Source: Owenia fusiformis (taxonomy: Eukaryota). Taken from it: DNA of 64,000 nt. The DNA is taken from assembly GCA_903813345.2 (NCBI GenBank), contig CAIIXF020000001.1, positions 31,992,001 to 32,056,000 on the forward strand. The letters are read 5' to 3'. A program made the position numbers and the translations under genes. This document shows, piece after piece, positions 1-13,500 of this stretch. The notes beneath the pieces are model-generated. The model did not search any database. It was given only the letters and a program-made list of their open reading frames with translations, and was not told where the DNA came from. Positions within the stretch are counted from its first letter, which is position 1. Every line of letters starts with the position of its first letter.

Positions 1-730
1 ACAATTGCACTAAAAACAAAATATGTTAACAAAAACAGTTATATATAATATATATAAATAATTTTCGCGTTAAATTGTTGTCAATCAGTCAACATTACAT
101 ATAGGACCGTGTTTTTTTACAGAATGTTTTCAATAATTAAAGAGATAAACATTGTTGAATTCAGTTCACCATATCAATACCTATCCTTTATTTTATTTGA
201 GTCATACTGAAATGTATATGAGTAGAAATTAATTTGTAAGCACTAAATTGTAAAAGTATACATAAACACAATGAACTTTAATTCCATAAATTAATGATTA
301 CATGTTAATGTGTAATGTGTAATATGTATTTACTGCATTGTAGCAATGAGCCATTCTATGCGCACAGTTCTGACTCTAGACTGGGACAGGAAAATAAGGG
401 ACATATGTTGCTCAAGAAAATGGGTATGTGTTGGTTTAGCAGAAAACATGCTATCTGAAAATATTGAATAATATCGAACATTTGTTTTGGGTCTCAATAC
501 ATACATGTATAAGGACCAATAATGCTTATTTAATGTCAGTCTAAGAAGTCTCATTATTGTATTAATCTTATGACAGGAATGCTCAATTCATCTTCATAAC
601 TTAAGCTTTCATCAAAATGTCACAAACTCATTTGGACAATTTTCAATAATTTTCCTCTGTTCACATGTCAAAAAGTAATGCTTCGAAAAGAAAATATATG
701 ACAATAATAAAATTCTTTGTCTGATTATAG

Positions 731-927
731 GTTGGGGAGGAGCAGGTCTTGGGAAAGCAGAGCAGGGCATAGTTGACCCAATTAAAGAGGCAGAGGTTAG
801 ACAGAACATGGATAAATTTAAGGGAGTTGGCATGAACATGACAGACCCCTTTGAACAGTTTAGGAAAAATAAAAGTGCTGGATTTATACAGAGAATGAAA
901 GCAAGAGCAGGACCAGGTAGGAACTAA
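731..927 (+). CDS. CHERP: Terminal coding exon of calcium homeostasis endoplasmic reticulum protein (C-terminal G-patch); rest of gene lies upstream of the window
   Basis: Acceptor ...ctgattatAG at 730, then GWGGAGLGKAEQGIVDPIKEAEVRQNMDKFKGVGMNMTDPFEQFRKNKSAGFIQRMKARAGPGRN* (TAA 925-927). Resembles the CHERP C-terminus (G-patch, then DPY/FE..R.NKS..FI.RMKAR). Not in the ORF track. Confidence 0.9.
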
Positions 928-1041
928 GCCAAGGGGGGACATGTCTAGGGTATCTCTATTAAGCATACACAAGCGGTATGTGTTCTTAAAAGAACATGGA
1001 GTTAGAGTATTATATCTACATGCAGTTTGCTTGCTCGGATC

Positions 1042-1177
1042 ATAGTGTAAATTGACAGGATTTATAGAGGCTCTTGCGAATTATAGTGTAAATTGACAGG
1101 ATTTCAGAGGCTTTTGCAGATTATAGTGTAAATTGACAAGATTTTTAGAAGGATTATAGTGTAAATTGACAGGATTT
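1042..1177 (+). repeat. Four copies of a ~22-nt motif (ATAGTGTAAATTGACAGGATTT) in the presumed CHERP 3' UTR
   Basis: Copies start at 1042, 1083, 1123 and 1156. Confidence 0.85.
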
Positions 1178-4152
1178 GATTTTTATAGGCTCTTGTCTCA
1201 TTTTGCTGGAAAATCTCTCTCTAACACTATACTTTGCATTATTTGATTAGAATAACTTAAGAATTTGATTGTAATCATTCACATATTGTATTTTCTTCCT
1301 ATAAATTACATGTCAGTGATACTATTACATATGCAAGTAATATTCATCTTCAGTTAAGAAAATAAATCAATATAAAATATGTTTTGCAGATGACAAGAAA
1401 AAGAAGAGGGCAGAAAAAGATGACTAGCACAACATACAAATACCCGGTCATGATTGTATATGGACTTTGAATTCAGGCTATAATCATGTCGAGATTGTAC
1501 ACAAATCCACAAAATCGAATGCCATCTTAGATCTACATACTGGAAAAGCATGTATTTTTGTATACAGTCAACAAAACAAAGAAATACAATTCAGTAATAC
1601 AATAAATATATTCAGTATCTGTTTAATATATAAATGTAAATATTTCTGGTTGGTAGAAACCATTGGTTGGTAACACAATTAAAACATAATAAAAAACAGA
1701 AACTTAAGTAGTAAATTATATAATGGCAGATACAGCTGAGTTACAACTTTCTGTTCTGCTGGATAACATGTTGCTTCACTAAAACTCCCAAACACATTGT
1801 GATGATGAACCTGGCTTTTAGAATATATTTGAGTTTCTACAAAAAGATTCAATATCAATTTGACTATTATTGGTAATATTAATGCAATGTAGAAAGATTT
1901 CGAAATGTTACCAAATATAACCAACCCAATACAAGATTTCTTTTTTAAAAAGAGTTAGTAAGATTTTAGAATTTGAATTTTTCACTATCCATTGTAAAAT
2001 ACATTATTTTCTCAATCCCATCAGATAGATTGAGTAAGAATAGCACATTTCAACCATTTCATTTTATTCAATAAATTAGCAATATATTCAAATCAATTGT
2101 CTCAAATCAAATCAAGTTTTCTTCACAATCCATAATATCATTTTCTGACACAAGAAATCAAAATATAATATCTATTACAAATATAAAAGTTATTAAAGAT
2201 TTATGATGCAGAAATGCCCAAAATTGATTAGGATTTTAAAAATAGGACATCTAATTTGATCTGGAATTTTAGCCACACTCACTTATATAAATGTGTGCAG
2301 TCCGTGCATTGTGCTGCAAATGTGACTAAAAAGATACAACTGAGTCAACATTTACGACATAGTACATACATATCTTGCCCTTGAAAATAACATGTATAAT
2401 CACTGCTTTGGTTGGAGTTTTTAAATATTTATATTCAAATGATTATCTAATTATATAATCATCAATCAATATCTTGTGTAAATAATCAAAATTAATGCAT
2501 TAAACTTTTCTTGAGACCATATTCAACATACAAGTTGCACAAGCTCTCGTGGGAACTGTGCCCTCATAAGAGAGAATGCAGTACTCAGATATTGTGATAT
2601 TATACACAGTAAAACAGCACTATACTGTAATCTTCTGATTTGTATACATTGGCAATAAATAGTTTATAATAATATATAAATAATGCCAAAAAATGGGACA
2701 GAACAACTGTAAGATCAAAGGCTTTTTATACTACTATAATCCAGTAGATCATGTATAACTCAGAGGAAATATAAAATCAAACAACTGCCACATTTACCTG
2801 GCATACACATTGTATATACAGCTATAAAGCATTTGTAAATTCAGTCACATACCAAAGAGAGCTACAATATTCACATACTGTAATAAATATAACATGTATA
2901 ATATATATTATATATTCTCAATTCCTATTTAAAGCTCCTTGTTGCATTCTGAGAATCATTATTGGGCAATAGATTTTTTCAGAAACTCATTTCCTCATAT
3001 TGTTGACAACAGGCCTAGGCCTTAATAGACAGTGTTTCTTAAACTACAATAAAACTTTTCTTCATGAACAGCTCTTTCTCTTCTGTATAAATTACCCTCT
3101 GAAGTGAAAACCTATAAACACATATTGAACATTTTTTCTCAGCAAGGTTTTACTACACTGATGTATATTTTACATATCATTTTTTAATAATGCAGTCGGA
3201 TTTCAATTTCAATTAAACCCTTAAGAAATGAATGTGAATACAACAGAATTAAAGTCCGTGTCGTTTGTGCGATTATAATGGCAAAATGCATTTCAAACAT
3301 ATTCATTGTGTAAAACACAACATAAGTTATCTACACTTAGACTAGGATTTCAAACATATGCAGGAGAATTGTTTAATAGAAATATGAAATTGGTACACAA
3401 TTGTGCTACAAAAATGTCATTAATTTAGTGATACACATTGTCCCCTGCTTGAATGGAATATCAATCTTCAAGAAGGTTCACAATCTACACTGAAAACACA
3501 AGCTTCTTGATTGTAAGATTTCAGGAAAAGTATAATTTGTACATATAATATTAATAATTTTATATTGCTAATTACAATATGTCAAATATAATTTTTAAAG
3601 CCACAAAAGTGGTTGGTAGGACCTATTCAGCCTTATTCTACACCTTATCAGATGATTTCTGGCATTTCTGGGCAGTAAGTCAGATAATCCTGTTGAATAA
3701 CAAGTTCAATTTCATCCATCTAACCAATAAGTTTATAACATGCATAATATTCTGGTTGTGTGTGAAGCTTAATTATATTGCTTGTAAACTATAATTCATT
3801 CATGGGATAAATACCAGAATATCAGATCAGTATGATGTTTATCCACTTGTAATACAACACTCATTGTTGATCAAAATGATATCACTCAAATGATTTGATA
3901 TTCTTTCATGTTGTGTCTTTCTCAGGGATTGTCAGCTTAGGGAAATTGAAACCACTTGCATACGTAACTGTTAAAACAATCTTCAACTAAAATGTGATGG
4001 AAGCAAAACTTAACAGCTCAAAATTCTTAAACTGGAATTCCAAAACTGTTAAAACGTCTTGTTAAACAATATTTCATTCATTCAATAAAATCATACCTGT
4101 CAAGATGGAACCAGTGAAATATACCAAGAGAATAATGAAATGCGGAAATGTC

Positions 4153-4509
4153 TCATATTATTCCATTGGGCTCCTGTATATCTGCCCTCAGCATTTGTAA
4201 CTGAGGTAGGAGATTATTGGATGACTCTTCATCCACTGGCATGTCTAGATCAAGCTCTTCATTGGTTGTTGTGAGTGATGTGAATCGTATAGATTGCGTC
4301 TTAATTCGTGATCTGCTTGGTAAAAGGAACACCACAGATAGCGCCATACAAGCATGCCATACACTGTGGATGTAGGAGTAGTTGCTCTCATTCTCAAACA
4401 GTGAATAAAGTAGCAGTCCCACACCTGCAAGCACTATACCTGGGATGATAAAGAAAGCCCAGCGCTTTTTTGTGGGATACAGGCTCTTTCTCCTGTAGCA
4501 CTGGCGGAT
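4153..4509 (-). CDS. PGAP6: TMEM8/PGAP6 exon 11 (last TM helices, HSVWH, stop)
   Basis: IRQCYRRKSLYPTKKRWAFFIIPG...NYSYIHSVWH...GII*. Confidence 0.9.
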   Translation of the reverse strand: MRQCYRRKSLYPTKKRWAFFIIPGIVLAGVGLLLYSLFENESNYSYIHSVWHACMALSVVFLLPSRSRIKTQSIRFTSLTTTNEELDLDMPVDEESSNNLLPQLQMLRADIQEPNGII

Positions 4510-7500
4510 CTGGAATGAATTTCAATAATTTTAGAGCAATGTACATGATAGTAGTGTTGTCGCGATTAATCGATACATCGCGATATACATCGCCAAAGCT
4601 GGTTCTGGCGATGCATCGATGTCTGAAACAAAACATCGATGTTTTTAAAAAATTTTAATTTGCTAAAAATCGCCCTTTCTTATCTTATTTTGATGCAAAT
4701 TGCTTACCTTTATTCATGTATTATTTCATTTTCAAATGTTTTCTGATATTCTTTCGCTTTAAAACTGTTTTAGCTAGTCGAAATGAACCATAAATCTAAA
4801 AAAATTACTTTACTTTCATTTCACCGTTACTATGTTCCCGGATGTACCAGCGTACTCTTATTAATTTGTTCTGTTCGATATTTTAGTGCATTAATGTTCG
4901 GTATTTCAGTGCACTTTTCTCGAACTTTTTCTCGATGTACATCGCGATGTGCATCGATGTTTACTACTGAAAATTGCCGATGCATCGATGTACGATTATG
5001 GCACATCGCGACAACACTACATGATAGTAATATCCTCATGTTCTATTTTAAATTAAATAAAAGACATGGCAGATTTTATGCTGGAATATTTTTCCAATTT
5101 GAAATAAGGAATATTGATGAATATGTGATTTATATTCCCGAAAGAGCCCTCAACAACTACAGATATACTATAACAATAAAGGACCCATAGCCCTGTGCTC
5201 ACACAGTGAATTGTGCCACATTATATTTGGAAATGATTAACTTAGTACAGAAAATGCCATTGATATTAAACATGAGAAAGTTCCCTGAAAATGACGTACT
5301 ACTGTACTTTTTGTCAAATTTAAGAGTAAATACTGAAAACTGTAATTCTAAGAGCTTTGAGAGAGGACATATGTTGCACATACAGAAACTACTAACATTC
5401 ATTTTAAAGTTCTTCTTTAACTGTCACTCTGATATATTTAAAGAAAATCTTCTCAGAAACCTGACGAATTTGGGAAATTGTGATGACATGTCAAATGGGC
5501 ACTATGGATAAACTGCATGAATAAATGAATATGGATATGACTTACTGTTTTACCTGTTTTAATTTGTGTGGCCAATGTTCACGGATGGATGGACGGATGG
5601 ATGCCTAGTCGATCAAAAGTTCACTGTGTGAGCCAAAAACATGTTTTAATAGGAATTAAAAAAGTGATCTCCTTGGTCCTTACCCATGATGCCAGCATTA
5701 TGCTTATTCCAATGACAACTGGTGCTACAAACACCCAGAGACCATGTCGGTCATACTCCACCCCCAGGGCAAGGCAGAGGGCAGCTAACATATGCATGAT
5801 ACCCCTCAGAGGCTCCCCCAGCTTTGCCATGGCTATCAATGTGATCCAGAAGGACATGATTGAGCCATAAAAGTCACAGAAACTCAGCACATTGTAGTCC
5901 ATCATGCAATAGTGATATTCACTTTCAGCACGGTCACAGGCATGGTAGAACTGAAACACATAGACAAGATTGTACATGTACATAGACTGCAGGTAATGGG
6001 CAAAACATGTACATTTAGTTAGAACATGCATAATCTTGATTGGGTTATTACCTTTCATGTACAGATAATCATATTCAGCATGAAAAATTGATATTGTGGC
6101 CATCTTAAAAATTCCTTCTTGAGCAGAATTCAAGCTAATATATTAAAGGATTGGTTATTTCATCTATATTATCATTTATGCAGTGATGTTTTTACTACAA
6201 CGTATATAATCTTGGCTTTTTATTTTGTAGGTTACCTCCTTCTCCATTTTTATTCATTTATATAAACCCTGAAGAGCAACTTCACCCCTTAAACATGTAC
6301 CCTAAATGTGGACAAGTGTATCTTCATCTTGTCTCGATATGTGAGTCTGTCATGTCTGTAGTACATTGAATATACCGATGACTTGCAAATCATGAGTTTT
6401 CCAAAGGTCTCAAGTGCCTTCTTTCATATGATTTTTGAAATCCCCACTCCTCGGACAACATTCTCTGTCAAAATCCCCCCCGGCACAATAATGCGTGTAA
6501 AATTCCTTACCCTCTCCACATGGGAAGGTCTAATGTAAAATGTTGAATGGTTTATAACTTCAAAGAAAATATAATTTCAATGAAAAAGGTGGTAAAAGAT
6601 GTGCCTGAATAAGCAATAAATCAATCAATCAACCCATTAATCAATCAATTCACCAATCAATGTAAATATAAATAAATGCATCATCAATAGTAATACTGAT
6701 AGTTAGTAGTTTTTTACATGTAAATGTCTTCTTTTTCCTTCCTTTATAATTGTTATAATTTTTTGTTTGCACATGTACTTGACCTCAAGGGGTGTGAATG
6801 TACTTGAAGAATAAATAAATAAATAAGCAATAAATCCATCAATCAGTCAACTTATATTATTCAATCAAAATCCAACCTACTGTTGAGAAGAACATAGTGT
6901 AAAAGTACACGAGGGCAGCAACCCAGTAGCGCCTGTGGAGAGCTATTATGATGGCAGGTAAGAACATAAGATTGCTTAATGTAAGTAGAAGCACCCCTGT
7001 TAGTTGGTCAATTGGTGACACTGCCTTGGAACCATCAGAACATGCATAGCCCTGCCAGCCTAGAAACAAAGGTAGTTATTGGAATGGATTTGGATGCATG
7101 TGTTTAACAAGGCATTAACATGACAAAATGTCACCACCTAGTTAGGTCATTGAAGGTCAAATGTCAAATCTTAAGTCAAATCTAAAGTCAGATTTGAACT
7201 TCTGAGAACACGTAGATGATTTTGAAAATTTTTTTTAGTCAATTTGAAGCAAGTTGAAAAAAGACCTTTTTGACCTTGAGAAGGTCATTAAAGGTCAAAG
7301 GTCAAATCTAAAGTCAGATTTGAACTTCTGAGAACTTGTAAAGTCAAATTTGAACTTCTGAAAAGATGTAGATGATTTTGAAAAAAAAATTTGGTCAATT
7401 TGAAGCAAGTTGAAAACAGACCTTTTTGAACTTTTTTGACCTTGAGAAGGTCATTAAAGGTCAAATGTCAAATCTAAAGTCAGATTTGAATTTCTGAGAA

Positions 7501-10500
7501 CATGTAGATGATTTTGAAAAAAAAATTAGTCAATTTGAAGCAAGTTGAAAAAAGACCTTTTTGACCTTTTTTGACCTTGAGAAGGTCATTGAAGGTCAAA
7601 TGTGAAATCTAAAGTCAAATCTAAAGTCATATTTGAATTTCTGAGAACATGTAGATGATTTTGAAAAAAAAATTTAGTCAATTTGAAGCAAGATGAAAAA
7701 ATACCTTTTTGACCTTTTTTGACATTGAGAAGGTCATTGAAGGTCAAATGTCAAATCTAAAGTCATATTTGAATTTCTGAGAACATGTAGATGATTTTGA
7801 AAAAAAAATTTAGTCAATTTGAAGCAAGTTGAAAAAAGACCTTTTTGACCTTTTTTGACCTTGAGAAGGTCTTTGAAGGTCAAATGTCAAATCTTAAGTC
7901 AAATCTTAAGTCAGATTTGAATTTCTGAGAACACGTAGATGATTTTGAAAAAAAAATTTAGTCAATTTGAAGCAAGTTGAAAACAGACCTTTTTGACCTT
8001 TTTTGACCTTGAGAAGGTCATTGAAGGTCAAATGTCAAATCTAAAGTCAGATTTGAAGGTCAAATGTCAAATCTAAAGTCAAATCTAAAGTCAGATTTGA
8101 ATTTCTGAGAACATGTAGATGATTTTGAAAAAAAATTTAGTCAATGTGAAGCAAGTTGAAAAAAGACCTTTTTGACCTTGAGAAGGTCATTGAAGGTCAA
8201 ATGTCAAATCTAAAGTCAGATTTGAACTTCTGAGAACATGTAGATGATTTAGAAAAAAATTGAAGTCAGTGTAAACAGTATTTGTTAAGTTATAGGAAGT
8301 TGTAAGAAATTGTTACAGACGCCGGACGCCGGACGCCAACCTCCAACCACCAACCGCCAACCACCAACCGCCGTCGCAAAAAAACGGAGACCATAACAAT
8401 ATGTCACCACTTTTGGTGGTGACATAAAAACTGTTTTGGGCTGATCTATTTGGAAAACTTTATTGTACTCGAAAATACATTTGTAAATTCTTGCCTTGAA
8501 ATAATCAATTGAAAAATGAATACGAAAACCTGGCCAGGAAAAAACTTGCACATGGTGTTAAAAACGCAACCAAAAGAAATTGCTATATCTTGGAAAATAC
8601 AACCAATTATACAAAAAACACAACCAATTGTGTTCATTTTTTCAGGTAAGAAAGATTTTTGATGGATGGATATACATTTTATCCAAAATTATGAACCATA
8701 TCTGCCACAAGTGAGTGCAGCGTAAGAAAGATCATCTTCCTAATGTGAGTCAAAAATTAATGCTTGTCAAAACTTAGTCATGAGTGCAAACAAAAGTTCT
8801 TCACAAATACTTCACAATCTCTGGGAGCAAAAGTTCTACATAGCCAAATACATATGATACATGTAACATGAACATGTACTGATTGAATCATACCTCCACT
8901 ACATTCACATGCTGAGAAGTGATACAGTCCACTGAAGTATTCATGGCACTCTCCATTCTCTCCACATGATCCATCCAAACAGGGTTGAACAGCAATTACA
9001 AAGTTAACAGCCGTTGCTGGATGTAGACATGGCTCACGATCGGCCTCTTTGGGACTAAAAAGAAGGTACAATATTTATATTATGTTGTATGTGTTCTATG
9101 CAATTCTTATGTGACATTTAACCAAGAAAGCTTTTATGCAGGTTTTCTGCATACATAAAGGTCGTGAACTTTCTAATTTCTTTCTCTTTATTCTCACGAC
9201 TTTTACACAGCTTTTGGACGAAAAAAAAGATCTATGATTAAATTCAAAAGATAAGGTATAACTTAAGATTGATATCCAACAGCCTCTAGTGGAAATATTG
9301 AATATAATTGAGGAAAACAATTCCTTCAATTCGAGAGGCTCTACGGGGGATTTCTTCAGCCACTGTCAATATTGTCTAGTTGGATTCTTGCTTTATTTTA
9401 ACGATCTTAACCCTAATCTCTCCAAAAAACAATACATATCATTATTGTAAAAATATACTGTTACTTCGTTTTGATGTTGCAAATAAGGCATTCTTGGCAA
9501 ACAAAATTACCATTCATGAAATTCCTGGGGATTTTTGACTTCTTTCATATATTGGCACTAATTAGAATGGTATGAAAGTGATATTTTGAATTTTCTAAGC
9601 ACTTAAGGCGCTAATTACAGAGAACAAGGTATTCGAGATTTAAAAAGAAAATCAAATTTCACCTTATCTAATATTTTATGTTTATTTCAATAATTTCTGA
9701 AGAAATGAGCACAGTGACATTGAAATATAATATATTGATTTGTGATTTCGTTCATATAGATTATTACATGAGGGTTATTTAAAGGAATATTCCTGGCCAG
9801 ACCATTTCTCTCCTAATATGGTAGCTATAACCATATATATACTTTCCATATTTAGCAAAACAGGGAAAAATGTTTTGATATGGTCAATATTGATCACTTG
9901 AAAATGTAGTGCCGAATTCCAGTAGGCTGCCATCTTTTAATATTTCACTCAGGAAGTGATGTCATTGACTCTCAACTTTGCATATAACACTATAAGGAGC
10001 TATTAAGAGTTACAAAACCAGCTGAATAATATGAATCTTACCTTTTTGTATGATTACCAAGCATTTTATAGCATGTGGCCTGCAGACTGATGTACCAGAG
10101 CCCTGGTTCAGGATAGGGTACATACTTGACAATGCCTCTCTCTTTAAAGTTATATGTGTTAATGGACATCTGCTGTTCTTGTTCACATTCTATACCCCTG
10201 GCTCCCACTGGGACATGGTCTTTACGGAAACAGATTGTCACAACGATGTCTTGCTTGGAGGCTGACTTATTCTGGAAGTACAAGCAGAATATATGAAAGA
10301 TGGCTCTCAACGCACACAAAATACATTTATATGTATGTTAGGGATGGTGTCCAATTCTCAACAGTTGTGGAATAAAGGAGTTAGTTTCGTTAGGGGAGGG
10401 ATTAGTGTAGATTTTTGAAAGGAGGAGGGAAATTAGCGCAACAGATTTTGGACAGTCATGTGTTTGATTTTGGCCATTTCCTGGGGATTTAAACAGGTGC

Positions 10501-13500
10501 ATATGTTAGGCGAATGCATTACCTCCAGGAAAATCACTTCTAGAGATGATAAAATAATTTCGACTTTGAGACAGGGTAGATGCAAACAACCCACCCACAT
10601 GTTTTTTCTGAAATGTTTTCCTGATTTTCAACTCCTTCCATCCCTGCTTTTTTAATTTTTCTTGCATCAATATTTTGCGTTTTGACACACAGTTATTCCC
10701 TTAAAAGGAATAAATGATTCCTTTTAGATAAAGTAGAAAACAATATTTCCCATGTTATATTCCCATAGGGAAAAATCATTGCTTTCAGCTGAAGGAATCA
10801 CTTATTCCTTTAAAGTGGTTAACTATGTGTCAAAACGCAACATATTGATGCAAGAAAAATTAAAAAAGCAGGGATGGAAGGGGTCGAAAATTAGGAAAAC
10901 ATTTCAGAAAAAACATGTGGGTAGATTGTTTGCATCTACCCTGTCTCAAAGTCGAAATTATTTTATCATCTCTAAAATTGATTTTCCTGGAGGTAATGCA
11001 TTGGCCTAACATATGCAATTGTTTAAATCCTCAGAAAATGGCCAAAATCCAACATATGACTGTCCAAAATCTGTTGCGCTAATTTCCCTCCTCCTTTTAA
11101 GTTAAAGACAAATCAGCATTTTAAAATTTCGTAGGGGAGTGGGGTCAAACCATAATGAAATTAAATTTGTTTTTCGATGACCTTTGATAATTGGACATCA
11201 TCCCCTATTACTATGAATTAATGTGCACCCAGTACTCTGTTTTCAAAATGACATTATCAAATAAACCAAAATATCACAGCATTTTTATTATCAAATAAGG
11301 TCAAAACTATGAGCTGTAAGCAAAATGCTTCACATATATATTTCAAAACGTTGCCCACAGTTTATTCCTTCACCTTGCTGAATAAAATTAGCTTGAACTT
11401 ATGGCACATTAATTCAAAATACTGTAGGTTACATATTAATACTTACCAATTTGGTCATTTCAAAGCTGAACTCTAGATGTATGGTTCCACCAGTATCTAG
11501 CAGATCCCGCGTCTCAAAAGACATCACAAGAGCCTCATTTTCACGTATACCCACAGTAGCAAGCATAGGGATACCCTCGTAATGTGGGAAATATTTAGAA
11601 TAAAAGTTTCTCGAGGAGTACTCAAGTTGTCCCAATTTACTCAATGCAGAGCAAACATGTGACGAATGATGACTCTTTGTTTTATGCACTTGGCGTTTCT
11701 CACGCACCATGTGGATTTCATTATGATTTGATTCGCCAATGGAATCAATTCTGTTGACTAGATCATTTTGCTGTACATAAAATAGCTGGGGACTGCTGAT
11801 TGGGGAGTCAACTGTTGAAACCTGTACTACACTGTTCACTGCACTTGTGACATTGCCATCTGTGATGTTGTAGATGATAGTGTGGGTAGGGTCAGTGATA
11901 GGGATGTCTGGTATTGATGTATTATTGATGATGGCTGAAGGTTTTGGTGACTTACTGCAACCTGAAATCATCACAAATTTATGGAACAATAAAGAATGAG
12001 TCTGTATGATTTATGGCACAATTTATGACAGTTAATGTTTTCTTTAATAAAAGACTGAAATTGAAGGCAAATTGGAGATCATATATTTGTCGTTTATAGA
12101 AAATATACAATGATTTAATATATGTTCATGTATACTACCAATACTTGACAGAAAAAGGTTAAGTACATAATATGTACAACTGAAGCTGAATATATATTTG
12201 TACAATACCAGTGATTGCTTACTTGATATATGTATTTGAATAGAGAGGATAAGAGTTCCTTTGTTATTATTCTTAATCTTCAAATAATGTGTGTGGCCAG
12301 CTGCAGGGGATTTCACATTTAGATGACATGGCTGACTTGTTGCATTACAAGCTATGACAGAGCTCTGTTCATGATCTTTCTCATTGTGTTTAAATGAAGG
12401 GAGTGACTTCCCTTTACTGGTAATAGATAGGTTACAGTCATCTATGGGAACACTGGAATTATGTGCTATACATTCTATACTGTCAATTGTAAGCTTGTAA
12501 TGCCAACTGTACTCCGGAACTTCAAACCTGAAATAAAAAATGCAAAAATGTTTTTTATATATTTTAGGGTTGACACAAACTGAAATATCCCAACTATTCC
12601 CTGACTATGAACAAAGATTCTTTGATCAAACAGTTGATCTCTTTCAAACAAAAATGGAAAATGGATAAAAATGAGGAAAAAACATTTTCACTACTTGGTG
12701 TCTAGAAATGACTAAACCCAAGTAGAAATGATCTTGATTTTTGTCATAAAACACATTACACTATATATATAATCAAAGTGGTTACATTTTTGGTATCAAC
12801 AATTTAATTACATCTAGAAATTTGGTTTTAAAACTTATTTATCAAATCGAAATTTTTCTTTTCTTTGAAAATGTGACTTCTAGGTCTGATATATTTAAAA
12901 AATATTTCATCAAATGAAAGAAATGAGCCTAACATTAGTACACAGTTTTTTGTAATGACTGAAATTAGCTCAACATAGTTTTGTAGAAACTACTTCATAA
13001 TGCATGTTTAAAAATATATATTCATAGCATGGTTACCAATTAATGTATACTAAATATTGTATTACACATACATGATTATAATAAATAAACTATTCAAAAA
13101 ACTGTTCTATTATATACTGCATACTCAATGTATAATTTTAAATGGATAAACCTTTTCGAACAAGTTAGATTTAATATTCTAAGCTTGGGTATTGCATGTC
13201 TCAAAAAATGTATTCAAGTTGAAATATTTATTTTTGATGAATTAATAGCTCTCCCCTTTACATCAATGGTACCCTGCACGAAGAGTCTAGTTATAAAATA
13301 CCCTTTGCCTAGTACAGACTGAATCAAAATAAATAGTACCGTGGGTACTGGGCTCAAATGGTATTGCTCAGAAAGAGTTTAGTGAATGATGGCTAAAATG
13401 GCAGACAATAAAAATGAGCCAAAAAGCAGATATAAATATTTGTTAATTCTTTTACAATGCAGGACACCTGAAATTTTCCGCAACTAAAATGGCAGCCACT

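Noticed and set aside
4783..5511. ORFs of 135 and 101 aa on the + strand
   Set aside because: Overlap a MITE and AT-rich intron, antisense to TMEM8, no recognisable domain
10506..11009. Two near-identical short ORFs on opposite strands
   Set aside because: By-product of the foldback MITE arms
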